Source: an uncultured Gemmatimonadales bacterium (lineage in GTDB: Bacteria; Gemmatimonadota; Gemmatimonadetes; Gemmatimonadales; Gemmatimonadaceae). From it: a DNA stretch of 64,000 nucleotides. The translations under genes and the position numbers were made by a program. Each line of letters starts with the position of its first letter. The stretch's first letter is position 1. Shown piece after piece: positions 18,722 to 26,878 of the stretch. The stretch covers positions 608,001 through 672,000 of the forward strand of contig CAWBZV010000003.1 in assembly GCA_963793305.1 (NCBI GenBank), given 5' to 3'. Under the pieces are notes generated by a model. The model searched no databases. It saw only the letters and a list, made by a program, of their open reading frames with translations, and was not told the DNA's origin.

Positions 18722-18769
18722 GCTTTGCTGCGAGGGCAAACCCCTTCGGGCTTTCCCCTCGCAGCGAGC
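18722..18769. terminator. Long GC-rich stem-loop downstream of DUF4412 gene (terminator or REP-like hairpin)
   Basis: GCTGCGAGGG...CTTCGG...CCCTCGCAGC inverted repeat; no clear U-tract. Confidence 0.45.
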
Positions 18770-18815
18770 TGGCCCTATGCGTGCATAGGGCCAGGTTGGA
18801 TAAGGGAGGATTCCA

Positions 18816-19142
18816 ATGCGACGGCTGCTTTTTATCGTTGCGCTGCTTGAGTTTACGGTCATAGCGAACTCGGCCGTAGCGCAGGATAGCACCAGACGAG
18901 ACACGACCCGGGATAGCACCCGGCAGGACTCCGCCCGGCAACGGCTACACAAGAGGGTGCAGGTAACGTCCCCGGGCGCGATCGATACGGCCAAAATTCG
19001 CGCTCCGTCTCGCCGCGACTCTTCGCTCGTCCGCCACGAGATGCGACGCGACTCGGCGTCAGCTGGCGCCGACACGGTGGCTAAACCGGCGAAAACTCCG
19101 CCAGACTCACAGCCTCCGAAAAAACCGTCATCCCCGCATTAG
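18816..19142 (+). CDS. Hypothetical secreted low-complexity protein
   Basis: GGAGG RBS upstream; signal peptide; DSTRRDTTRDSTRQDSAR repeats; Pro/Lys-rich tail. Confidence 0.65.
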   Translation: MRRLLFIVALLEFTVIANSAVAQDSTRRDTTRDSTRQDSARQRLHKRVQVTSPGAIDTAKIRAPSRRDSSLVRHEMRRDSASAGADTVAKPAKTPPDSQPPKKPSSPH

Positions 19143-19224
19143 AAGCTCGCTAGAGCGAGCTTGGTCCAACCGACCAGTCGAGCAGCGCGAAGCGCGGCCT
19201 CGACGCGCGGCGGAGCCGCGCTAG
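19143..19224 (+). repeat. Dispersed multi-hairpin repeat, copy 3 (CTAG-bounded)
   Basis: AAGCTCGC-TAGA-GCGAGCTT GGTCCAACCGACC AGTCGAGCAGCGC-GAA-GCGC...TCGAC GCGCGGC-GGA-GCCGCGC; CTAG at 19150 and 19221. Confidence 0.88.
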
Positions 19225-19258
19225 TTGCTCTCTCGGGCTGCGGCCCACAGGTTGAGAT

Positions 19259-20179
19259 GTGCTTATCAAGCACCTCGAATACCTCGTGGCGCTCGCTCGC
19301 GAGAAGCACTTCGCGCGCGCCGCCGCCGTGTGCCATGTGACGCAACCAACGCTCTCAGCGGGTATCAAACAGCTCGAGGACAGCCTCGGCGTGCTAGTCG
19401 TCGAGCGCGGCCAGCGGTTTCGGGGCCTCACGCCCGAAGGCGAGCGGGTGCTCGCCTGGGCGCAGCGCATCCTGTCCGATGTCGACGGCCTGCGCCAAGA
19501 CGTCAGCGAGACGCACGGTGGCCTCGTCGGCCGACTCCGACTCGGCGCGATCCCGGCGGCGCTCCCGATGGTCGCCCTGGTCACCGCGCCATTCGTGGAG
19601 CGCTATCCCACCGCCACCACGACCATCTGGTCGCTCACGTCGATCGAGATCCAGCGCGGCCTCGATGATTTTACGCTCGACGCGGGCATCTCGTACCTCG
19701 ACAACGAGCCGCTGGCCCGCGTCCGCACGGTACCGCTCTATCGCGAGCGCTACGTGCTGATCACGTCGGCACTGGGCCCGATGGGTCACCGCACGAGCGT
19801 CGGCTGGCGCGAAGCGGCCGATCTGCCGCTCTGTCTCATGACCCCCGACATGCAGAACCGGCGTATCCTCGACGGACACTTTCGCTCCGTCGGCGCGACC
19901 GCGCGCCCCCACGTCGAGGCCAACACGATGGTCGCACTCGCCTCGCACTTGCGGTTTGGCAACTATTCGGCCGTACTCCCCAAGACCCTGCTCGCGGTCA
20001 TTGGGAATCTCCCGGACATGATCGCGATCCCGCTCGTCGAGCCCGAAGTCTCGCACGAGGTCGGGCTCATCGTCGCGGACCGCGAGCCCCCGACCCCCGT
20101 AGCCGCCGCGGCCGTCCGCGTGGCTGATTCGCTCACGCTCGGCGCGACCATCGATAAGCTCTCGTGGCCGATCCGCTGA
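19259..20179 (+). CDS. LysR-family transcriptional regulator
   Basis: HFARAAAVCHVTQPTLSAGIKQLEDSLG HTH; ~306 aa with substrate-binding domain. Confidence 0.93.
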   Translation: MLIKHLEYLVALAREKHFARAAAVCHVTQPTLSAGIKQLEDSLGVLVVERGQRFRGLTPEGERVLAWAQRILSDVDGLRQDVSETHGGLVGRLRLGAIPAALPMVALVTAPFVERYPTATTTIWSLTSIEIQRGLDDFTLDAGISYLDNEPLARVRTVPLYRERYVLITSALGPMGHRTSVGWREAADLPLCLMTPDMQNRRILDGHFRSVGATARPHVEANTMVALASHLRFGNYSAVLPKTLLAVIGNLPDMIAIPLVEPEVSHEVGLIVADREPPTPVAAAAVRVADSLTLGATIDKLSWPIR

Positions 20180-21012
20180 ACCCGACCCACCCCCTGTTCG
20201 GGCTCGGCTACGCGAAACCCGCCCGAACCCGAGAGTTCCTTCGGCTCGACGGCGACACCGAGCGCGAGGGCTCGGCCGACGTCGCCGAGGAAGTGCCGGT
20301 CGCCATCGCGTACAACAATCGGCCGCATGTCGTGATGATGGCGACGCCCGCAGATTACGAGGATTTCGCGGTCGGGTTCTCGCTGACGGAAGAAATCGTC
20401 GCCTCCCTCGATCAAATAGAGTCGATCACGGTCGTCCCGTATAACCAGGGCGTCGAAATTCATCTCGTCATCCCTCATGCCGAGGCCGAGGCGCTCGCCG
20501 AACGCGGGCGGCAACTCGTCGGCCGCACGGGATGCGGGCTGTGCGGCGTGCAGACCATCACCGATGCGTTGCGCCCGCCGAGAACCGTGGCGCCGCCGCG
20601 GCAGCCGATCGCGTCCGAGGCCCTCTGGCGCGCGGAGTCAGCGTTGATGGGCCGGCAGACGTTGAACCAAGCGACGGCCGCCGTACATGCCGCGGCCTGG
20701 GCAACGGCGGACGGGACGCTCGAAGTGGTCAGGGAGGATGTCGGGCGACATAATGCGCTCGACAAAGTGATCGGCGCGCTCGCGCGGGCTAAAATAGATG
20801 CGAGTCAGGGCTTTATCGTGATGACGAGCCGGGCATCGTACGAGCTGGTCCAGAAGGTGAGTATTGTGGGAGTGCCGTTGCTGGCGGCAGTATCGCGGCC
20901 GTCGGGGCTGGCGATACGATTGGCCGAGTCGGCTGGCATTGCGATTGTGGGACTCTTGAGGGGGCGCAGCGCCAACGTTTACACACACCGGGAGCACATA
21001 TCTCACGCTTGA
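20164..21012 (+). CDS. fdhD: Formate dehydrogenase accessory sulfurtransferase FdhD
   Basis: MMATPADYEDFAVGFSLTE, GCGLCG, VHAAA, REDVGRHNALDKVIG and TSRASYELVQK motifs. Confidence 0.93.
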   Translation: MADPLNPTHPLFGLGYAKPARTREFLRLDGDTEREGSADVAEEVPVAIAYNNRPHVVMMATPADYEDFAVGFSLTEEIVASLDQIESITVVPYNQGVEIHLVIPHAEAEALAERGRQLVGRTGCGLCGVQTITDALRPPRTVAPPRQPIASEALWRAESALMGRQTLNQATAAVHAAAWATADGTLEVVREDVGRHNALDKVIGALARAKIDASQGFIVMTSRASYELVQKVSIVGVPLLAAVSRPSGLAIRLAESAGIAIVGLLRGRSANVYTHREHISHA

Positions 21013-21815
21013 GCCTCGTGCTTGCGCTGGCCACAGTGGCCGCGCAGGCGAATGCCCAGCAGGACTACGCCGCGATGATGTACCGGATGCACCACGATGA
21101 ACGCCCGGTCGCGAACGCGTCCTGGATCGCGCCGCGCGCCGACGTGGACACGGAGACGGTCGCATACGCGGGTTCAACGACGGGTTACCTCGCGCACCCG
21201 AAAGGGTCGGGGCACAACCCGGCGGTCGTGATGATCCATGAATGGTGGGGGCTGAACGACAACGTGCGGATGGAAGCCCGCCGGCTGGCCGGCGAAGGCT
21301 ACACCGTGCTCGCCGTCGATCTCTACCATGGGAAATCGGCGCAGACGCCCGACGACGCGCGGAATCTGGTGATCGACGTCGTGCACAATCCGGCCGACGC
21401 GCTGGCGAACCTCAACGCCGCCGTCTCGTACGTGAAGTCCCACGGCGCCAAGAAAGTCGGCGTGCTCGGCTGGTGCTTTGGTGGGGCGTGGAGCATACAG
21501 GAAGCGCTCAACGATGCGTCGCAGATCGACGCCAACGTCGCGTATTACGGCACGCCCGTGACTGATCCGGCGAAGCTCGCCAAGATGCCACCGTTCCTGG
21601 GCCTCTACGGCAGCGCCGACGGCGGGATTCCGGTGGACAGCGTCCGCAAGATGGAATCGGCGCTCGAAGGCTTACGCAAGACCGTCGAGGTCAAGGTCTA
21701 CGACGGCGCCCAACACGCTTTCGCCAATCCGTCCGGCCAGCACTACGATAAGGCCGCGGCCGACGACGCATGGCAGCGCACGACAGCGTTTCTGGCCAAG
21801 TATCTCAAGGGCTAG
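21009..21815 (+). CDS. Dienelactone hydrolase family protein (exported)
   Basis: IHEWWGLN, GWCFGG and HAFANPSG motifs; TTG start overlapping fdhD TGA. Confidence 0.9.
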   Translation: MSLVLALATVAAQANAQQDYAAMMYRMHHDERPVANASWIAPRADVDTETVAYAGSTTGYLAHPKGSGHNPAVVMIHEWWGLNDNVRMEARRLAGEGYTVLAVDLYHGKSAQTPDDARNLVIDVVHNPADALANLNAAVSYVKSHGAKKVGVLGWCFGGAWSIQEALNDASQIDANVAYYGTPVTDPAKLAKMPPFLGLYGSADGGIPVDSVRKMESALEGLRKTVEVKVYDGAQHAFANPSGQHYDKAAADDAWQRTTAFLAKYLKG

Positions 21816-21967
21816 GAGTGAGCGAAGCGAGCTCGGTCCAACCGACCGGTCGAGCGCGTAGCGCATCGACCAGCGGCGGAGCCGCGTGAGCGAAGCGAAC
21901 GACAGGTCAACCGACCAGTCGAGCGCGAAGCGCATCGACGAGCCGCGGAGCGGCCCTGAAAAGCTAG
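21812..21967 (+). repeat. Dispersed multi-hairpin repeat, copies 4 and 5 in tandem (68-bp period, CTAG-bounded)
   Basis: GTGAGCGAAGCGA at 21818 and 21886; two AACCGACC(A/G)GTCGAGCGCG(T/A)AGCGCATCGAC cores; CTAG at 21812 and 21964. Confidence 0.88.
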
Positions 21968-22572
21968 CGCCGGAGCCGAGATGGCCAGCGGTGATCGCGC
22001 TGCTGGCCATCGGGATGCTTCAGTTCGCGCTGCCGCGCTCGATGACGGCTGGGCCCCCGTGGCTGCTGCTCGTCATCGTGGGCGTGTTGCTCGTCCCCAT
22101 TATTTACACCAGACGACGTGGGCTCCACCAAGTCAACCACTCGATGAGCGTGGTGCTCGCCGTGATTATTACGGCGGAGCTGATCGCGGCAGTGTTATCG
22201 TTGGTGGCAGCGCTGCCGGCGCATAAGGAGCCGCCGCAAGCGCTGCTCGAGGCCGCGGCCGATTTGTGGGTGACCAACGTGCTCGTGTTCGCCTATTGGT
22301 ACTGGAAGCTCGACGCTGGCGGCCCGAACGTGCGGGAATCGCGCGGGCATCAGGATGGGGCGTTCTACTTTCCGCAGTTCATGAAGAAGACGCCGGGCTG
22401 GCGGCCGGGCTTCGTCGACTATCTCTTTCTCGCGTTCACGACCAGTACGGCCTTCTCTCCGACCGACACTCCGGTGCTGTCCCAATGGGCGAAAGTACTC
22501 ATGATGTTGCAAGCCACGATCGCGTTTACGACGGTCACCGTCTTGATCGCGCGTGCTATAAATATCTTGTAG
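21886..22572 (+). CDS. DUF1345-like membrane protein
   Basis: EPRWPA start motif; WVTNVLVFAYWYWKLDAGGP; WRPGFVDYLFLAFTTSTAFSPTDT; ARAINIL end. Start lies in the repeat and is uncertain. Confidence 0.8.
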   Translation: MSEANDRSTDQSSAKRIDEPRSGPEKLAPEPRWPAVIALLAIGMLQFALPRSMTAGPPWLLLVIVGVLLVPIIYTRRRGLHQVNHSMSVVLAVIITAELIAAVLSLVAALPAHKEPPQALLEAAADLWVTNVLVFAYWYWKLDAGGPNVRESRGHQDGAFYFPQFMKKTPGWRPGFVDYLFLAFTTSTAFSPTDTPVLSQWAKVLMMLQATIAFTTVTVLIARAINIL

Positions 22573-24800
22573 CCCTGCTCGTCGCCGGCGCGACGGCCGG
22601 CGCTCAGCAATCGGACCCATCGCGCGTGACGATGGATCGACTGTTCTCGGGCGACTTCTCGCCCGATCGCACCGGTGGCCTTCAATGGCTCCCGAAATCA
22701 CCGGCATACACGGTATTCGAGCGCGGCACGCGCGGCGGCGATCTGGTGCGCTACGATGCGGCGACCGGGGCTCGCTCGGTGATGGTGTCGGCCGACAAGC
22801 TCGTTCCCTCCGGCGCGAATCAAGAGCTTGCGGTCGAGGAATACACCTTCTCGCAGGACGAAAAGAAATTATTGCTGTTCACGAACTCCCAACGCGTGTG
22901 GCGACAGAACACGCGCGGCGATTACTGGGTGTACGATCTCACCGCCGGCACACTGCGGAAGCTCGGCGGTCCCGCCAAGCCATCGACACTCATGTTCGCG
23001 AAGTTTTCGCCCGACGGTGGTCGCGTGGCGTACGTGCGCGAGCACAACCTCTACGTCGAGAACGTCGCCGACGGCAACATCACGGCGCTCACGACCGACG
23101 GATCGCCGACGATCATCAACGGGACGTTCGACTGGGTCTACGAGGAAGAGCTCAACGATCGCGATGGCTTCCGTTGGAGCCCAGACGGCACCCGCATCGC
23201 CTATTGGCAACTCGATGACTCCGGCGTCCACGACTACGATCTCATCGACGACACGGACTCGCTGTACTCCTATATCAATCCCGTGCAGTACCCAAAGGCG
23301 GGCACGCCGAACTCCGCGGCCCGCGTCGGCATCGTGGACGTCACAGGCGGTGCCACGCGTTGGCTCGCGCTGCCCGGCGATCCGCGCGCGTTCTTGATCG
23401 CGCGGCTCATGTGGGCGGGGACGAGCGATGCCGTCGTCGTCCAGCGCATGAATCGCGTGCAGAACGAGAACCAGATTATCCTCGGCGATGCTCGCACTGG
23501 TGCGCTCACGACCGTGCTCACCGAGCGCGATAGCGCCTGGGTCGACGCGGTCGACGACATGCAATGGTTCGAGCGCGGGCAGCGCTTTCTGTGGGTCAGC
23601 GAGCGCGATGGCTGGCGCCGGCTCTACGTGATCTCGCGCGACGGTCGCACCACGAAGGCGATCTCACCGGCAAACGCCAATGTCGCCACGCCGAACAGTC
23701 CGTTCGGCCAAGCCTACACGGTCGGCGTCGACTCGGCCGCCGGCGCCATCTACTACACCGCCTCGCCCGAGAATGCCACGCAACTCTATCTCTTTCGCGC
23801 GAAACTCGACGGGACGGGGCGCGCCGAGCGCGTGACGCCCGCGTCCGAGCCCGGCGTGCACGACTACGACCTCTCGGCCGATGCCAAGTGGGCTATTCAC
23901 GAGTGGTCATCGTTTGACAAGCCGCCGGTCGTCGAGATCGTTCGGCTCGCCGATCATCACGTCACACGCACGGTGACGGATAACTCACGCCTGGTGCGTA
24001 CGGTCAATGCGCTGGCTCGTGGCCCCGTCGAGTTTTCGCGATTGGACGGGCAAGATGCCTGGATCATGAAGCCGCCCGCGTTTGACTCGACGAAGAAATA
24101 CCCGGTGCTCTTCTTTGTCTACGGCGGCCCAGCTGCCCAAACGGTGCTCGACCAATGGGGCGGTCAGCAATACCTGTGGCATCTCATGCTGACGCAGCTG
24201 GGCTATGTCGTGGCATCGGTCGACAATCACGGCACACCGACGCCCCGCGGCCGTGCATGGCGCAAGGCGATTTTCAAGCACTCTGGCCCACTGGAGTCGC
24301 AAGACCAAGCGGGTGCAGCCAAGGCGCTCGTCAGTCGCGGCTGGGCCAATGCCACGCGTGTCGGTGTATGGGGTTGGAGCAATGGTGGCACGATGACGCT
24401 CAATCTCCTCTTCCGTTCGCCGGAGCTGTATCGCATGGGCATGGCCGTAGCCCCGGTGACCGACTCGCGATTTTACGACACGATCTATACCGAGCGATAC
24501 CTGGGACTGCCTGACGAGAACCCCGAACAGTACAAAGAGGCCTCGCCGCTCTCGTACGTGGGCGGCCTCCGCGGTGACCTGCTGGTCGTGCACGGCTCGG
24601 GCGACGACAACGTGCACTTCCAGAACAGCGAGGCACTGATCAACGCGCTCGTCGCGGCGGACAAGCAGTTCACGATGATGGACTACCCGAACCGCACGCA
24701 CTGCATCTGCGAGGGCGAGAACACCTCCCGGCATCTGTACGGTCTCCTGACGCGATACCTCCAGGAGCATTTACCGGCCAATGCTACTCGCGCTGAGTAA
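22485..24800 (+). CDS. S9B dipeptidyl peptidase IV family protein; start uncertain (22485 to 22632)
   Basis: DPPIV_N beta-propeller motifs (NGTFDWVYEEE, YPKAGTPN); GWSNGG nucleophile, DDNVH and catalytic His in NRTH. Confidence 0.9.
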   Translation: MGESTHDVASHDRVYDGHRLDRACYKYLVALLVAGATAGAQQSDPSRVTMDRLFSGDFSPDRTGGLQWLPKSPAYTVFERGTRGGDLVRYDAATGARSVMVSADKLVPSGANQELAVEEYTFSQDEKKLLLFTNSQRVWRQNTRGDYWVYDLTAGTLRKLGGPAKPSTLMFAKFSPDGGRVAYVREHNLYVENVADGNITALTTDGSPTIINGTFDWVYEEELNDRDGFRWSPDGTRIAYWQLDDSGVHDYDLIDDTDSLYSYINPVQYPKAGTPNSAARVGIVDVTGGATRWLALPGDPRAFLIARLMWAGTSDAVVVQRMNRVQNENQIILGDARTGALTTVLTERDSAWVDAVDDMQWFERGQRFLWVSERDGWRRLYVISRDGRTTKAISPANANVATPNSPFGQAYTVGVDSAAGAIYYTASPENATQLYLFRAKLDGTGRAERVTPASEPGVHDYDLSADAKWAIHEWSSFDKPPVVEIVRLADHHVTRTVTDNSRLVRTVNALARGPVEFSRLDGQDAWIMKPPAFDSTKKYPVLFFVYGGPAAQTVLDQWGGQQYLWHLMLTQLGYVVASVDNHGTPTPRGRAWRKAIFKHSGPLESQDQAGAAKALVSRGWANATRVGVWGWSNGGTMTLNLLFRSPELYRMGMAVAPVTDSRFYDTIYTERYLGLPDENPEQYKEASPLSYVGGLRGDLLVVHGSGDDNVHFQNSEALINALVAADKQFTMMDYPNRTHCICEGENTSRHLYGLLTRYLQEHLPANATRAE

Positions 24801-26010
24801 ACTGGCCGCCCTCGGATTCGCCGCCGCCGTGCACGCGGCGCGGGCGGATCTCGCGCGCGACGGCGGTCGCCTGTGGAGCACGCGGCTCGACACGTTGGAG
24901 TGGATGGGCGTCGACGGCCAGCGCGTGTATCTCACGCGCAAGCCCGACACGACCGGGTACACGATGACCACCGACTCGTTGTGGGTCGGGCCGCTTCCGG
25001 CCGGAGTCGCGCCCGCGAACACGTCGATCGACCGGTGGGGGCGCCGGTGGGCCATGGTCGTGCTCCCGCTCCCGAGCGACCTCACCGCCGCGTCGCGTCT
25101 CTTGATTCACGAAGCGATGCACGTGATGCAGCCGAGCGCATTGCCGGCGCCGGAGCAGCCGGTGAATGGCAGTGGCTTCGATTATCTCGACGGGCCGTCC
25201 GGTCGGCTGTGGCTCCGTATGGAAATCGCCGCGCTTGCCGATGCGCTGTCGGGAGTCAATGGAGCGCTACCGGCAGCCCTGGTCTTTCGCGCGCACAGGG
25301 TCGGCGGCGCCTCGCCAGAAGAGCGCCGTCGCGAGCTCGCTCTCGAGCTATCCGAGGGCCTGCCCGAGTATACCGGATGGCGTCTCACGGACTCATCGGG
25401 TTTCGTTGCCGTGCTGCGCGCGCCGGAGGCGCCACAGCAGTCGTGGGTGAGACGCTTCCCCTATCTGACCGGGACCGCGTACGCATTTCTGCTCGATCGT
25501 GTGCGACCCGGCTGGCGACACGGACTGACCGACACGACCGACCTCGGCGCGCTGGTGCTCGAAGCCACCGTCGGCAAGCGATACAACGAGGCAGACATTG
25601 TTGCGGCCGAGCAAGCGCGCTGGGCGAAGCGCAAGGTGCAACTGGACTCGTTGACTGCGGTGTTCGTGACGGGGCCGACGGTGCGCATCCGGCCGAAAGT
25701 TGTTCGCATCTCGTTCGACTACCGTTCGCAGGTCGCGCTCGGCCCCAACGGCAATGTCATGCCGAACCTCGTCTGGAAAGCCGACGACGGCGGCGAGTTG
25801 CTGGCGGTGAACGGTGGGCTCGTCACCGCGGACTGGACAGAGCTGCGCGTGCCGCTCGAGGGACAGGCCTTCACGCCAGGACGGTTGGCGTCCGCGAAAA
25901 AATGGCAAGCCGGGGACTGGTCGCTGGCGCTTCCCGCGGGATGGGTTGTCAAGAGCGACGGCGCATCGTGGGTCATCACGCCCGGTGAGGACAGTGTGAC
26001 TCCGCACTAG
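24781..26010 (+). CDS. Hypothetical exported protein with HEXXH zincin-like motif
   Basis: Signal-like N-terminus; LLIHEAMH and downstream SEGLPEY. Confidence 0.65.
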   Translation: MLLALSKLAALGFAAAVHAARADLARDGGRLWSTRLDTLEWMGVDGQRVYLTRKPDTTGYTMTTDSLWVGPLPAGVAPANTSIDRWGRRWAMVVLPLPSDLTAASRLLIHEAMHVMQPSALPAPEQPVNGSGFDYLDGPSGRLWLRMEIAALADALSGVNGALPAALVFRAHRVGGASPEERRRELALELSEGLPEYTGWRLTDSSGFVAVLRAPEAPQQSWVRRFPYLTGTAYAFLLDRVRPGWRHGLTDTTDLGALVLEATVGKRYNEADIVAAEQARWAKRKVQLDSLTAVFVTGPTVRIRPKVVRISFDYRSQVALGPNGNVMPNLVWKADDGGELLAVNGGLVTADWTELRVPLEGQAFTPGRLASAKKWQAGDWSLALPAGWVVKSDGASWVITPGEDSVTPH

Positions 26011-26045
26011 CGCAACGTCACCGGGGCGAGGATCTTCGTCCCCCC

Positions 26046-26726
26046 ATGCACACAGTCTTTCCCGCGACACGCCTGTCGGTCATCGAAGCGCTCGGCAGCG
26101 CTGATACGGAAATCCGCTCGCGGGCCTTGGGCGTCGTGGCCGAGGGATACTGGCGGCCCGTGTGTGCGTATATCGCGGCGCGATGGCAGCTGGACCAACC
26201 TGACGCGGAAGACCTGACGCAGGGATTCTTCACGCGTGCGCTCCTCATGCCCGTGTTGGAGCGCTACGACCCGGCGCGATCCCGCTTTCGCACGTATTTG
26301 CGTCTCTGCGTCGACGGCCATGTCCGCAATGCTCACGCGTCTCGACGCCGGGCGAAGCGGGGTGGCGGTGTCGCCATAGTACCGCTGACAGGGCAAGAAC
26401 AAGCGCCAGATCAGATTTTTGAGCGCGAGTGGGTCCGTGCCGTGCTCGCTGACGCGTTAGCGATCCTGCGTCTGCAGTTCGCCGCCAAAGGGCGCGAAAT
26501 TGTGTACCGTGTGTTCCTGCGCTACGACGTCGAGGGCGCTGAGCTAGCGGCGCGGCCCACATACGCCGAGCTGGCGGCCGAGTTCGACCTACCTGTCTCC
26601 CAGATTACAAATTATCTCGCGGCGGCACGCCGCGCGTTACGATTGGCCGTGCTGGATCGCCTTCGCACGCTCACAGTTACGGATGAGGAGTTGCGCCGCG
26701 AAACGCGGGCGCTGCTCGGTGTATGA
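26046..26726 (+). CDS. ECF-type RNA polymerase sigma factor (kinase-associated type)
   Basis: FPATRLS, YWRPVCAYI, DAEDLTQGFF, RFRTYL, FEREW and YAELAAEF motifs. Confidence 0.85.
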   Translation: MHTVFPATRLSVIEALGSADTEIRSRALGVVAEGYWRPVCAYIAARWQLDQPDAEDLTQGFFTRALLMPVLERYDPARSRFRTYLRLCVDGHVRNAHASRRRAKRGGGVAIVPLTGQEQAPDQIFEREWVRAVLADALAILRLQFAAKGREIVYRVFLRYDVEGAELAARPTYAELAAEFDLPVSQITNYLAAARRALRLAVLDRLRTLTVTDEELRRETRALLGV

Positions 26727-26878
26727 TGCGACTGCCATGTGAACCAGGGGGGTCCGGGGGGCGTAGTTGGGGTTTGCCCCCCGGAGGCGAACCGACCAGT
26801 CGAGCAGCGCGCAGCGCTGCATCGACGCGCCGCGGAGCGGCGTTGCGCCGCGAAACGCGCGCGCTGCTCGGCGCATGA
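26690..26878 (+). repeat. 37-bp imperfect direct repeat (26690-26726 and 26842-26878) enclosing a G/C hairpin and repeat copy 6 (~26788-26841)
   Basis: GTTGCGCCGCGAAACGCG(G/C)GCGCTGCTCGG(T/C)G(T/C)ATGA, 34/37 identical by eye; internal TCCGGGGGGC...GCCCCCCGGA stem and AACCGACCAGTCGAGCAGCGC-GCA-GCGCTGCATCGAC. Confidence 0.88.

Noticed and set aside
21812..21967. Tandem repeats as a CRISPR array
   Set aside because: Only two adjacent units, no unique spacers, internally variable repeats, other copies dispersed, and no cas genes in the window.
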